Positions 37,871 to 51,087 are shown, counted from the stretch's first letter. The stretch: 64,000 bases of DNA from Lama glama (GCA_028534125.1 CM052816.1:95420001-95484000); one strand, 5' to 3'. Notes: generated by a model from the sequence alone, not told the origin. Translations and numbers: made by a program.

Positions 37871-39204
37871 ACCTGTCAAAGTCCATGCTCTACGCCTGCT
37901 TTTCTCAAAGTAGCACATTGTCGTGGCAGAAAAGCCACCCCCGCCATCCCACTTCGGCATATTGTTTACCAGTATATTTTTAAAACATAGTTGAAATCAT
38001 ACTGTATATAAAGTTGTATTCCTTTTCCCCACGCAACACCATGTCACAAACCTGTCCTCCGTGTCATTGCTCTTTGTGACTGTTTTCCTACAGCTGAGCA
38101 TTTCGGTTGTATGGTTTTTACCACTAATATGCAAGTGTGGGTGCAGGGGCGGTGAACGTATTGCGTCCAGAGCATTATCCCCATTTTGCAGCACGTATCA
38201 CGGATGGACATGAAGAGACGAGGTGCCGGGTCTAGGAGTATGACGTCCTGGGTGGTGGATACGGGCTTCCAGGAAAGACTGAACAGTCCCTTCTCAGCCA
38301 TGTGGGTCAGGAGGCGACTCTGTGGCCTCTCCCAGGCCTTGCTAACACGGGGCACTGCGATTTAGGGTTACTTGCTGATGGAAATGCCACCTGTTGTTTT
38401 CAAAGCCCATTTAAAGTAAGGTGGTGAGAAGTAAGCCCTGTGGATATCCAGGGAAATGCCATCTAGGCCTCGCAACAGTCCAAGAAAAGGCCAAAGGCAG
38501 CAGCATGATGGGCAAGTTGGCGGGCCAATCCGGCCTCATCATGCTTAGCTTTCTAATTAATTAATGCTGTCAAGACCGGGTGCCCTATGGAAAATACAAG
38601 CATGATTACTGAAAAATAAAAATAATTGGAGGTGTTGATGTTCATAGAACCATCTAAGGATAAGGAGGACCCTGCCTTCCCCGCTGACCAATTGCCATGC
38701 AAGTTACGGTGTTTACCCAGAAAACGAAAGCCCCCAGCCTTGGCCTGTAGCCACCGTCGTGGTCCTGTACTATCTCCCAGTGTCACTTTCCATGTCCTTG
38801 CAGGTGGTTTCCATTTCTAAATCTCTGAGGCTGCCAGCACTTCATTCCTAGATTTCTTTGCTTGTTACAATCCCTTTGCTTGTCAAAATCTGTTTCTCTG
38901 GAAAAAAAAAATCTGTTTCTCTGTTTCTGTTGGAAAATTTCCTTGCCTTGGGAAGTCTGACTTCCGAGTTATTTCAATGCTTGGGGGCATGGGAGCAGGA
39001 AACCATGATAGCTCAGCCGTACTTTACCACCTGTTTTTCACCTTCTGCCCTCAAGTGAGAAAGGGGAATGTTGTTCAGTTACACAGTTAAAAGAAAAGTT
39101 TGAGCCAAAGGCAAAATCATGACTCTAATGCAGATGTAAAAATGAACATGTGAAATTAACACAACATTGTAAACCAACTATAAAAAATTTAAAAAAAAAG
39201 GCAA

Positions 39205-39306
39205 GGATAGGTATAGCTCAGTGGTAGAGCGCATGCTTAGCATGCACGAGGTCCTGGGTTCAATCCCCAGTACCTCCATTAAAAATTGTTTTATAAAATA
39301 AAAAAA
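39205..39306 (+). mobile_element. Camelid-type tRNA-Ala(AGC)-derived SINE, best-preserved copy
   Basis: ggtatagctcagtggtagagcgcatgcttagcatgcacgaggtcctgggttcaatccccagtacctcca followed by an A-rich tail. Confidence 0.88.
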
Positions 39307-39561
39307 TGGGCATGTGTTAAAGATTCTATTTTATTCATTAAAGAGGAAACCAGGCAGATGTTTTAACTTGTTCAAAAAGAGAAGTCAAGAGGCACAAATT
39401 TGTATGCAGTAAAAGAATGCCCTCAGGAAGGTACATCTTTGGAGAGGAAGGAGGGCGCGGTAGCCCCTTGGAATCTGCAGGTGAAACATGCACCAGTGAT
39501 CCCCAGGGCCTTGACTTGTAATTTTGTGGAGGCATTTGCTGTGTGAAGCAAGGCTGGGGGG

Positions 39562-39994
39562 TGTTAAAGGAAAAATTATTCATTTGTGACCCTTGTTAAA
39601 AAACAGTCAGGCAGACCTTACTCAGGACCACTGTGACCACTCCAGTGGGATTTTGCAGTAGGAGAGAGACAGTGGCATCCACTCTGAATACAACAAGGAA
39701 AAGTGGGAGTTTCTAGCCAAGGAAAAGAGGGGGTCAGTGGATGGGAAAACGGGGGTCTGGCTAAGCCGACCTAACAGGATTCTTGTGGCAGACAAGCCAG
39801 GGCGATCCGACATCACCTGGGGGTGGAGGAGGATGAGGAACTGGGTCAGATATGGAGGGTGGGGGGTTCTGCTAAACTAACTTAGCAAGAGTCTTACTAA
39901 AACTGGATGAAACTCAAGAGTCAGGGCTTAGCTGCAAAGAGAGTGCAGAGGATCCTGACTAGAATTCGGTAGGTCAAAGAGAGAATCTTTGTCA
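39562..39994 (-). mobile_element. ERV1 solo LTR (MER31-like)
   Basis: tgttaaaggaaaaattattc...gtgggagtttctagccaaggaaaagagggggtcagtggatgggaaaa...gagagaatctttgtca; TG/CA ends. Confidence 0.65.
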
Positions 39995-41806
39995 AGAGAC
40001 CGTAAAAGTCAGTCTGTGGGGGATGGGGCTCACAGTCATTCACAGCGTGTGGGGTCTTGCATGCATGTTGTGGGGGAACCGTGTGCTTTAGTGCTGCATT
40101 CAGGGTGGCATCGCCAAGAGGGTCTCCTCTGCTGGAGCATGTCCTGACCATCGCTGATGTCATGAAGAGGACCCTGACTTCTGGAGGTGTCACTGGTGGT
40201 GACACAGATCTGATCTCAGGGTGGCTGGGACGTGTTGCCAAGCCCACCGGCCATGATACAGAAAAGCCCTTCTTGGTACATTTTATGAGGACCCCACCGT
40301 ACATGTCAGAGCGGCACTCGCATCCCCTTATAGGAGGACACCTTACCATTCACAGTGACTTATAATGTCATAGAAGAAACTCTGTATTTCAGTGGAAAAG
40401 TATCCCTTCCGGGCTGTCTGATTCTAGCCCTGTTCATTGTATTGGAGCTGCTTTGCAGCTTTATGAAAGTCGGAGGTAACTAATAGGTTTGTGAATCCTG
40501 TCCTGTCTGGTAGAGAATTGATTGGCTTCCTCCCCTCCTGTGGAAAATTCTGTTTTGTCACTGTTTACAATTCATCTCAACATTCCTGCACTCCATGTAA
40601 ATTTGTGCTCTTTTCTTTTCTTCTTAGAACCGGTTGTAACATCTGCCTTATTTCCTCCTATCATATGAGTAAAATACAGTCCTGACCATGAATTCATTTT
40701 TATAACTGCATGAGTGTCATACTTTTACTTCAGAAAACTAGGTTTTAACAAGTGTGTTGTTTGGGAGAGAAAAAGAGCCCAAATCCAGAAACCTAGATAC
40801 AGAAAACTGACGTATGGTACAGTCGGTAATGTCCAGGGTATGTCTGCCAAGGCTCTTGCCCACCAGGGGCTAAAGTCCACACGCAGGCTGGGCTTGGCTG
40901 CCCTGTCGTGCGAAAGCTCTGGCAGGGGTCCAGCCTTCGTATGTGGCACCGCCAGGCCTCCCCTGCCACCACCCCTTTCTGCGGGAGAAAAACCTTTCCG
41001 GGTCAGTCCAGAGAGTGGCTGTCTTGGCTGCAAACGTTCCTTTTGGAAGTGGGTATCCATTGAAGGTGAAGTGGAAAGAGTCTGATTCAGGGCTGCTTAT
41101 TTCCCATGGTCTGGCATCCTCACAGGACAGCCCAGGTAAGGGCCCGGCCTGAGGAATCTGTTCTCAACAAACAGTGGGCGGCCGGGGGGTGGGGGGTGCC
41201 TGGAATGTACTGCTGCTGACACCAGACTGTGCTGACTAACTGACGGTAGTTCTATAACGTGGCCGATGGAAGCGAAACCATGAACAACAGAGTCAGATTT
41301 TCTTTGATCAAATGACTAGCTCTTAATCTCTTTATTGAAAATTTCATCATTTTATTTCTAGTTTTGAACATTTAGGATATTCTGGAAAGTCTGAAATATA
41401 ATGTAACAGCCACCCATAATTACATGATTTTACAAGCTATTAATCCAGATTTACCCAGATTAATGATATTAACCCAGATTTACAGGATATTAACATTTTG
41501 TCCTATGTACTTCAAATCAAAACTTTTTAAGGAGATAAAATGTAACAAATACAATTAAAGCCAGCAATCTCTATCCCCTTTACCTGCCAGTGACCACTGT
41601 CTCATGGCTTTGTGTTTGATTCCCGTGTATTAGACTTTTCCTACAGTGTATTTGTTAACAAAATATATATTATTGGCGGGGTTGTATTTACTTAGCATTA
41701 AAAAGCCATCATTGTTTATACAGCATTATGGTTTGGAGATTTATCGTATTGATAAAGATATATGTCGTTCGTTCATTGAACTGCTCTGCAATATTCTTTT
41801 CAGGAG

Positions 41807-42250
41807 TGTGTTAGTTTCCCATGGCTGCTGTAACAAATTACCACAAACTGGGTGACTTCAGACAACAGAAATTTATTCTCTCACTGTCTGGAGGCCAGAA
41901 ATCTGAAGTGAAGGTGTTGGCAGAGCCTTGCTTTTCCTGAAACCTGTAGAGGAGAATCTTTCCTGGTCTCTCTCCCAGCTTCTGGCGGTGGCTTGTAGCA
42001 GCATGACTCCAACCTCTGCCTGTGTCTTCACATGGCTGTCTCTCCTGTGTGTCTAGCCTGTGTCTGTATCCAACTTTCTGTCTTATAAGGACATCAGTCA
42101 TTAATTAGATTAGCACCTACCCTCATCCAGGATGGCCTCGTCTTTACCTGATTACTTCTGCAAAAACCCAATTTCCAAATAAGGGTGCAGTCGCAGTTTC
42201 TGTGGGTTAGGACGTGAATCTTTTTAGGGGACACAGTTCAACCCACAACA
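41807..42250 (-). mobile_element. MaLR LTR (MLT1B/C-like)
   Basis: tgtgttagtttcccatggctgctgtaacaaattaccacaaactgggtgactt...ggggacacagttcaacccacaaca. Confidence 0.8.
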
Positions 42251-43076
42251 ATGAATAAATGACAGTGTATCCCATTTCCACCCTCCCCCACCCCCACCAT
42301 GGGCAGGTAGATTGCTTGCAATTGTTGCCACATCTTGGCAAGAACACCCTTCCATACCCACTGCAAGTGCGTGCGCACACACACACACGCACAGGCACGG
42401 GTGTGAATTTCTCTAGGGAACACACCCAGTTGCAAAGTGTGTTCATCATTGCCTTTGCCTGGCTGTTTCCCAGAATGTGTATCAGTTTACACTCCCGTTT
42501 CCCTACCTGGGCACCAACTCCTGGTGTTAACAGACTTATTGCCAGTCTGTGAGAGGTAAAATGACAACTTGTTATTCTTAGTATCATTTCCTTAAATACC
42601 AGTGAGGTTGAGTATCTTTTCCTATGTTTATGGACCATTCAGGCCTACCCTTTTGTGAATTGCCTGTCTGTATCTTTGGAGCGTTTTCCTATTGGGGTTG
42701 TCTTTTTCTTGTTAATCTCTAGTACTTCTTCATATATTTTATCTAGATACTAAAGCCTCTGTGTTGAGACTAGTGTCTTCTTTTAGTCCCTATCTTTTCT
42801 GACTTTGTTAATGGAAACTTTTACATTGTGAAAAATTTTAATGAAAGTTTGAAAGCTTTTTATTGTGTAAAACCTCAAGCATGTGTAAAAGTTGAAAGAC
42901 TAGTACAAAAGACACTCCGGAACCACCCAATTCCAACACTGTCAACACTTGGACACTCTCCCCCCACCTCCACCACCACCCACTAGGAAAGTCCCAGACA
43001 TCTGGTCCTTTTAGCTGTAGGAACGTCAGCATGTAGCTATGAAAGATAAGGACTTGTTAGGAAAAAAAATCACTGA

Positions 43077-43205
43077 GGGGAGGGCATAGCTCAGTGGTAC
43101 AGTGCGTGCTTAACTTGCACAAAGTCCTGGGTTCAATCCCCAGTACCTCCATGAAAATAAATAAATAAATAAACCTAATTACCAACCCCCCCAAACAAAA
43201 CAAAA
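43077..43205 (+). mobile_element. Camelid-type tRNA-Ala-derived SINE
   Basis: ggggagggcatagctcagtggtacagtgcgtgc...gggttcaatccccagtacctcca, (AAAT)n and cctaattacc tail; flanked by atcactg. Confidence 0.88.
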
Positions 43206-43309
43206 CCCCATCACTGCAGGAACATTATTTCTCCTTCCCTGCCCCTCTATCTCCAGTAACAATGATTCTCCATATCATCAAATATCCAGTCAGTTCAATT
43301 TTCAGTTTA

Positions 43310-43604
43310 TACGTTGAAGCAGTAACTGCCCCCCACCCTGCATGTGATGGTATTAGGAGATCAGACCTTTGGGAGGTAGTTAGGGTTAGATGAGGCTGTG
43401 AGGTTGGGGCCCCCGTAATGGGATTAGTGCCCTTAGAAGAGCTTATTCTCTCTCCGTCTCTCCCCACCCCCTGCCCCGAATCTGACCATGCTGACACCCT
43501 GATCTTAGACTTCCAGCCTCTGCAACTGTGAGAAATACATTTCTGCTGTTTAAATCCCCACCCAGTCTATCGTTTTGTTATGGCAACCCAAGCAGACACA
43601 TACA
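43310..43604 (+). mobile_element. MaLR LTR (MLT1A-like)
   Basis: gtgatggtattaggagatcagacctttgggagg...ctgacaccctgatcttagacttccagcctc...tgttatggcaacccaagcagac. Confidence 0.75.
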
Positions 43605-44981
43605 TATTTAATGAAATGAAATTTATTCATCTTTTCCTTTGTCATTCATGTTTTTTGGGTCTAATGTAAGAAATTCTGCCTGACTGCAAGGCTCAGGAAA
43701 AAGGTATTCTTTTGTTTTCTTCAAATAGTTTACTTTTCCTGCTTATGCTTCTCACACTGGACAGGATGTGTGTGGTAGGTCATGACTCAGTGCTGTGTTT
43801 TCCCACCTGGGTTGCTTGGTGTCCATCCCCCGCCAGCCTCCGGGAACCACAGTGCCCTCCTGCCCGGGTAATGACCTCACAGAGCCCAGTCTGATCTGAC
43901 TGCGTCTTTCTGCCTGCACCCTGCAGCTGGACCTGGCTGGGGGACATGGCCTTGATGAGCCCAACCTTGTCCCTGGTCCTTCGTCTTCCACTTCTCTTGT
44001 CCCCTCCAACCTCCTTGTTGCTCTCACTCACTCTCATTTGTTGACTCTGCTTAGTTCTCTGAGGAAACAGATGCAAACAGGAGCATCCACAGTCTCCAGC
44101 CAGGCTTCACCACCCACCGATGTTTGTGTCCACGCCCTGCGCCTTCCCTCCTGGGGCTGTGGGGGACCTGCCAGTGGCCTCCCCCTCTGTGCTGATCCCA
44201 CCCACCCTCACTAGAGACAGCCCCCCCCCAAGAGTGGTTTGATTTGCTTTCCTCTCTGTGGTGCCATTCTCATCCACATGCAAATCTGCTGACATTTCTT
44301 AAAAAAAAACAACAAACAACTTGTTTCCGTATCTTCCTTCCATTTTTCTCACTCTTTTTTTTTTTTAAGACTGGCTACAGTCCAGAGAGAGTTTTCTGTA
44401 CTTTCTGTCTCCCAGGCTCTCCTCTCTCTTGGCCTGTCTGTCCTGTTCACCCTGCTCCTCCAAACCCGTTCTGGCCTCAGCAAGACTCACATTGTGCAGA
44501 GCCCCGTGGGCACCCTCAATGTGCAGCCCTCGGGTCTCCCCGCGGAATGGTGCAGGTCTACATGTTTCCTTTTCTCCCCGCGGAATGGTGCGGATCTACA
44601 TGCTTCCTTCCTTCCTTTTTTTTTTTTTTAAGTTCATTTTTTGTGGTGCATATGCATTTTTTCCCCATGTTTCTTTTTTTTAAATTCAAGTGTAGTTGAT
44701 TTCCAATGTTGTGTTAGTTTCGGGTGCACTGGGAAGTGATTTGGGTATACGTTACACTCTCCCTGGCTTGAAGCCCTTCCTTCGCTAGGCTCCTGGACAC
44801 CACACCTGGGTTCTCTTCTCCTCTCACTGGCCAATCCTCAGACTCATTCCCTCATCACTTCTTACCTCCCTGAAGTCTCAAATGTTGAAGGACCCCAGGG
44901 CTCAATCTTCTGGATTCTTCTCTTTATCTCTTCTTACCCCTAGATGATGTCATTCACTCTCAAGGCTATAAATACTGTGTC

Positions 44982-45620
44982 CAGCTGATTCTCATCATTC
45001 ACCGGAGTTTTGTCCTGTAAAATCTCTGTGAACGCTGAACGAGCAGCTACTGGACCCCTGCTCCGCAGAGAAATACATCAGATTCCCGCAAGCCTCATGT
45101 CCTGTTTCCCTCAATTGAACTGTGTTTCATTTGTGTTTCTGTAGGAAGAAACACAATATATGTTTATTCTATGTTGTTGATTCGTGAACATTGAACTCAT
45201 GGCCAGCAGCACTGTGACTTGTGCCTGAACAAAGCGTGTCTGACAGATGTATTTCCTCCATAAGGTACATCACCACCTCCTTCTTGTGCTTAGAACACCA
45301 GACAGCACTTCGGCACTGCCCGTGGCAGCCGTTTTTAAACAATGAAATCAACAAAAAGCACAAAATTGCAAACGATGTGGCACTCAATAGACCACAAAAA
45401 GGACACTTGTTTACAGCATGAGAGCCGAAACAAGACAGGGCACAGCCTTGTTGGACCGTGGCTGAGAACGTGCACACCAGTGACTCAGATTTTTTTGCTG
45501 CTTTACACAGACCCACGTGTGATGCAAAAGCACCGCAAGTATTGATTTTAGAGTTAAAATACAGTTAGCAAGTAGGCAGATTCATGAACACAGAGCCTGC
45601 AAAAAGTGAGGTTCAGCTGT
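44982..45620 (+). mobile_element. MER82-like Tigger-family DNA transposon, near full length, inserted in an L2 relic
   Basis: Terminal cagctgattctcatcattc ... gtgaggttcagctg; internal cacagcactt, aaaggacacttgtttacag and attgaactcatggccagcagcact match the recalled MER82 consensus. Confidence 0.75.
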
Positions 45621-45948
45621 GTAGGCTACTAACTCTCAAATTCACATCTTCAGCTTGGACCCCTCCCCTGTCCACCTGGCTCATCTAATAGATTTCAAAC
45701 TTCTTGAGCCCAGATTGAAGTCCTGGTCTCCTCAGACCTGCTCTTCTGGCAGTTTCCCTTTTCATTTAAAGACTCTCCATCCACCTCCAGTTGTTCAAGC
45801 AAAAGACCTTCTAGTCACCACTGGCGCCTTTTTGTCCAATACCCTATGCTGCCATCTGTCAGCAAAACCAGTTGGCTGCACCTGCAAAATCTATTCAGAC
45901 CCTGACTGTTCTCTTTTCACCACTACCATTCTTGTTACAAGAATTTTA

Positions 45949-46079
45949 GGGGGAGGGTGTAGCTCAGTGGTAGAGCATGTGCTTAGCATGCACCAGGCCC
46001 TGGGTTCAATCCCCAGTGCCTCCATTAAAATAAATAAACAAACATAATTACCACGCCCCACCCCCGCAGGAAAGAAAAG
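45949..46079 (+). mobile_element. Camelid-type tRNA-Ala-derived SINE
   Basis: gggggagggtgtagctcagtggtagagcatgtgcttagcatgcaccaggccctgggttcaatccccagtgcctcca plus tail. Confidence 0.88.
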
Positions 46080-47421
46080 ATTTGGTTTTCCCTCGGTAGA
46101 AGGCTTCTGGGAAGAGGAATATTCCCCACTACTCTCTCTCCCTGATCTTTCTGTTCCAGCTACCCTGTTCCATGTTGTTCCCCCAAAACTGAAAGAAAGG
46201 AACGCTTATACTGATCACCTAGATTTAACAATTGCTTGCAATTTGCCGTAATTGCTTTCTGTTTCTATATGTGTGTCTGTGCATGAGTGTTTTATGAATG
46301 ATTGGAGGGGAGACTGAAGATCCTGATACTTCAACCCTGACTTGAGCGCACATCTTCTAAAAATAAGAACTTTCTTCTGCATGACTACTCTCATCCCACC
46401 TTAGAAAATTAGTAATAATTCATATTATCAACTATCATCCATATTTACATTTTCTGTGGTTCCCCAGTTATCTCTTGTAGCCGTTCTTAATTTGGAACCA
46501 GAATGGAGTCAAGTTTAACACAGTGCATTTTGTTTATTTCTCTTTCGTCTTGAGCTGTCTCACCACCTTTTTTTTTTTCTTTTCCATTGATTTTTGAAGT
46601 CAGGAATGTTTCCCTCTCTTTTATTCTGCATGTATTTTTCTGTTTCCAAATTTATTAGCATAAAGTTGTTCATACTAATTTTTCATGATCTTTAAAGGGA
46701 AAAATCTGTACTTTTATCACCTTTCTCATCGCACATCTTGTTTTGTTGTTATATGTATGTTTATCATTCTTTCCTTTTTATTGATCAGGTTTGCTAAAGA
46801 TACACCTGTTTTATAACTCTTCAAAAACTCAGATTTTACTATTGAGATGATTACATGTTTTTACCTTTATTCTTTGTTAATATGAAATTATTTTGATTGA
46901 CGTTCAAATTCTAAATCAACATTTCATTCTTGGACTAATAAAAGTTTTTTTGTGATGTCTTTACCTTTTTAGATATTACTGGATTCTATTATTCTATTTG
47001 CCTGTGTTTTTGCTTACTAAGACTCTTCAAAAAGACTTGATTTATATTGTTTAGAGATATTGGCTTGAATTTTTTTCTTATGATATATATCTGGCTTTAC
47101 TATCAAGGTTATGCTGATTCTATACAATGAACTTGGAAATGTCAGTATAAGATTGATGTTATTTCTTTCTTAAATATTTGGAAAGATTAACTGATAAAGC
47201 TATTTTGTAAGTTTTAAATTATGAATTCAATTTATTAAATAGATATACACTTTAAAAAATCAGACTAAAAGATCAGATTTTAATCTTTTTCTGTTTTCTC
47301 TATTGTTTATTTTCATCTCATTATTTTCTCCTTTTGGGTTTATTCTGTATTTTCACCCTTACTTCTTTATTTGTATGTTTAGTTTTATTTCCATTCTTTC
47401 TTCTTGTCTGATACATGCAGT

Positions 47422-47911
47422 TGAGGAAGATCAGAAATGCCATCCCCAAAATACGGCACTTTGGATGTTGATTATTTTGAGCTGAAGGCAACTGGCAAAC
47501 AGCAGATGCAGGAAGGGCTTTTTCCCTCCCCCTTTCTGCCTTTCTGCCTAAAACTAGGGCATGGGTCCCCCTCCCTCACGAGCAACTGTACTCACCAGAG
47601 ATGGAGCCGTCGTGAGACGGGTCTGTGTGGACAAACTGCTGAGACAACCCTCATCTTCCTCATGTCCCCTTGTCTGTGTCCTCCTCGCTTCTCCACAACT
47701 TTCACCCTTTTTTACAGTGATACATAAGCCCCTAGTCTAACTGCTTCTTGGGTTTTCACTACATTTCTGCAAAGCTCCTGTGTACGTAAAATTAAAAACA
47801 TCAGTAACAGCAGTGGGTTTTTTCTCCTGCTCATTTGACTTTTGTCAGTTAAATTCGCAGGCTCTCAGCCGCTGCACTGGGAGGGTAGGGGACAAGTGCT
47901 TTCCTCCGACA
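47422..47911 (+). mobile_element. ERV1 solo LTR (MER34-like)
   Basis: aatgccatccccaaaatacggcactttggatgttgattattttgagctgaaggcaact...tttttctcctgctcatttgacttttgtcagtt...ttcctccgaca. Confidence 0.65.
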
Positions 47912-49253
47912 CTGTCTGGGATGTCACTGTTTCTCTAGGTAACAGCACACTATTTCAACTTCTGGTACATAGTGTTTTCAGTGTGATTTGGTTTAGAACC
48001 TGTTGAATTTTTATCATCATTTCTTCACTGCACTAATTTGGCATGTCATATATAAAATCTTTGTTGGCTTGTGTTGTGGGTTAATCTGCGGGCAGTTTGG
48101 GTAGCTGTTCACCAAACAGCTTTTCCATCTGCTGGAAAAGGCTGTGTATTTTCTAACTGCTCATGAAGAGGTGTTAATCTTTGGGTTCAACTTTTCCATT
48201 TTTCCTTTCCCGGGGAACCTTTTTAGATTAAAAAAAATTTTTTTTAATTTGAGAAGCTGTCTCAAAGAATGAATTTACTCGATTTCCATTTACGTGGATT
48301 GATTTCAGCCGCATTACTTCTTGCTTTATGGTTGGTTGGTTTACACGTTCTGTTTCTTCTCCTTTCCTGCTTTCTGTTCCTTTGGTCGCGCTTGTCTGGG
48401 TCTCTTCCCTTTCCCTCCCCCTCCCCCTACCACCCCGAGGAGTGTTTATTTGGAGCACTTCCTCTTTGATGTGTTTTCAGCCTGGATTGTGAGTCTTGCT
48501 ATGAAGGAGACCTGCGCCTGCTTCTGCCAGGTGCCCGGGGACTTCACTGCCCGGAGTCCGCTCTTAAGCCAATTTCTCAGCCCAGGTTTTCCTACTTCAG
48601 ACGGCTGGTGCATATTTGGGGCATTGTTTGTTTTTGTTGGTTTTTTTTTTTAAGATTTTATGTTAAAATCTTAACATTACTTATTTCCCAGTTTTATCTT
48701 ATTTTTATGGTTTCTTTTTTCCTTTCCTGATCTTCCTTACCATGTTCCTAGACCTGGTCGACAGAGTTTTTCTTTATCATTGTTTCTTTTCTTGTTTGTT
48801 TATTATTTTCTCCACTAAATAGGAACTTTTAAGGGACCGGATGTTGTGGAGGGAGATCTCAGTTACAAATCCCTGTCTCATGGGGTCCCAAGGCCTCACT
48901 GGACATGGAATCCTAAGCACCGGCTGTGCGAGGGCCTGTCCTGGGTGCTTCCTCTCTAGCCCAGGCTTGGGGGCTGTGCCACCATTTTCACGTTTATTTG
49001 TTGGTTCCACGCACTCCTGTATTTCTCACGTTTGTGGTGGGAATGGATTCTTACTGGCCTTAATCTTGGTCTTATTACCCAGAAGCCGATATTGTCACTG
49101 ATTTCTTGCATGCATACACTAGGAGCATAATTAAGATTAATTTTTTTTCTGTGCTCTTGATTTTAGTTTACTTACTGTTTCTTACCTTCAGATTTGCACC
49201 GCTCGGAGTCTCAGGCCTGTGTCTCTCTCTACAGCCCAACTAAGATCTCTGCA

Positions 49254-49468
49254 ATGGCCAACGAAGCTCATCCTTGTCCGTGTGACATTGGCCACAGACT
49301 TGAGTATGGGGGGATGGGACGTGAAGTTCAAGTCGAGCACATCAAGGCTTATCTCACCAAGTGCCCAGTCGACACGGGCAAAGCCGTGATTGTCATTCAG
49401 GATATATTCGGCTGGCGGTTGCCAAACACCAGGTACATGGCCGACATGATCGCAGGAAATGGATACAC
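49254..49468 (+). CDS. CMBL: CMBL carboxymethylenebutenolidase homolog, coding exon 1 of 5 (gene exon 2; acceptor before 49235)
   Basis: [72 protein letters not shown]; 215 nt; donor AC|GTATGT; acceptor tctctctctacag 19 nt before the ATG. Confidence 0.97.
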
Positions 49469-50700
49469 GTATGTATAAAATTCTTTTTCGTTGCTTAAAT
49501 TCGTGTACATTTCTGTGGTCTCTTTTGTTCCCTTCAAAGGAAATGAACCCAAAAAACCCTGTGTATATTCTGATGTACGTTATCTATTTTCTTACCTTCT
49601 GGGGTGCAGGTCAATGGGGAATGTCACATGGCAGCCAGTGCCCACTGGTGGCCAGCTGCTCCCAGCCCAACCCCTGGGCTTCTGAGTGGCTGGCCCTGTA
49701 GACTCACTGGACACAGAGAGAGTTATTTCCCGATGTCCAGGACACCTGGGGCAGAACTCCCCAGCCCTGAAATGCACCCATTATTCGGCCCTTGAGGCAT
49801 CTCTGTCTGGGGTCAGCTTTCACCCGCAGGGCGCTCATGTCATCCTGGTCTGAACGCGAACTGTCATGGCCCGGTCCAAATTAGACTGGATTCCAGAACC
49901 CTAACAGTGAGACCTCGCTCATCTCGCACAGTTATCTCTTTGTCCCACTGTGTGGCCATGGCCACCTTTGGTGAATATTGTGACCTGTTTGCTTCTCCCC
50001 GCCCTGGTGTTGGTAGCGGGTTCAGTAAAGCATGGAGGATAGAGGGGAGGGACTGTTTCTTCCTGTCCAGCTTCGGAAAGCATAACACCCAGCAAGCTCT
50101 GTGTGTGTTGCACCCCGATTTCCTTTATTTACTCAAAAAGAGAAGCTGGAAATCAAAGGATGCACCTACACCTCGTTTTCCTGCAAAGAGAAACCCGTTT
50201 AAAGGCGGCACACCCACTGCCGCGTGGTGCGGGTTTAGCATTGACCCGAGAGAGGACGACCTCCACTTGACATTTCACTTTTTCATGTCCTCATGTTTCT
50301 TCTCGAAGATGAGGCTCCTGACCTTTCCAGGGGCAAGACCAGTAATAAAAACACTGGCCGGCCCTGACTGCCTCCTGGCTCGGCCAGACCCTGCGCTGGG
50401 GCGTCAGGGGGGCAATTGCCCTGAATCCTGGCAGCAGCGCCGCTGAGGTGGGACTGTCGTTGCCCAGGGCATGAAGGCAGAGGGTGCAGTCGCCCCAGAC
50501 CAGCCGGCTGCAACCAGCAGATTGAATGGTCCCTTCTCTTGTCTTAGGTGGGTCCTTAGCTGGAGACGGAACATAAAAGAATGAGTCAAAACGCTCGTTT
50601 ACAAAGCCCTCTCACGCTTACCTGTTTTGCCTTCAGAATAATCCTCTGAGACTGGATGGTGTGTGGTGCCGTCTCCTTCAGATCAAGAAAAGAGGCTAAA

Positions 50701-50950
50701 GGAGGAAGGGGATGGGGAGGGATAGATTAGGAGTTTGGGGTTAACAGATACACACTACCATACATAAAATAGATAAATGACAAGGACCTACTGTACAGCA
50801 TAGGGAACCACACTTAATATCTTGGAGTAACCCATAGTGGAAAAGAATCTGAAAAAGAACTTATATACGTGTATAACTGAGTCACTTTGCTGTACACCTG
50901 AAACTAACACAATATTGTAAATCAACTACACTTCAATTGAAAAAAAAGAA
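50701..50950 (+). mobile_element. L1 3'UTR fragment
   Basis: gggatagattaggagtttggggttaacagatacacactacc...tgagtcactttgctgtacacctgaaactaacacaatattgtaaatcaactac plus poly(A). Confidence 0.85.
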
Positions 50951-50952
50951 GT

Positions 50953-51087
50953 GGGGAGGGTATAGCTCAGAGGTAGAGCCTGTGCTGGGCGTGCTTGAGG
51001 TCCTGGGTTCCATCCCCAGTACCTCCATTAAATAAATAAATAAACCTACTTACCCCTCCCCCGCAAAGGAATGAAAGGAAAGAAAGA
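50953..51087 (+). mobile_element. Camelid-type tRNA-Ala-derived SINE directly after the L1 tail
   Basis: ggggagggtatagctcagaggtagagcc...gtcctgggttccatccccagtacctcca plus (AAAT)n tail. Confidence 0.85.

Noticed and set aside
39207..39278. Functional tRNA-Ala(AGC) gene
   Set aside because: 5' acceptor stem mismatched, A-rich tail instead of a T-run terminator, and six related degenerate copies with TSDs: a SINE.
39921..40365. Overlapping 142-aa and 102-aa ORFs in CMBL intron 1
   Set aside because: No recognisable homology, non-ATG or LTR-overlapping, and no poly(A)/TSD indicating a retrocopy; BLASTx would settle it.
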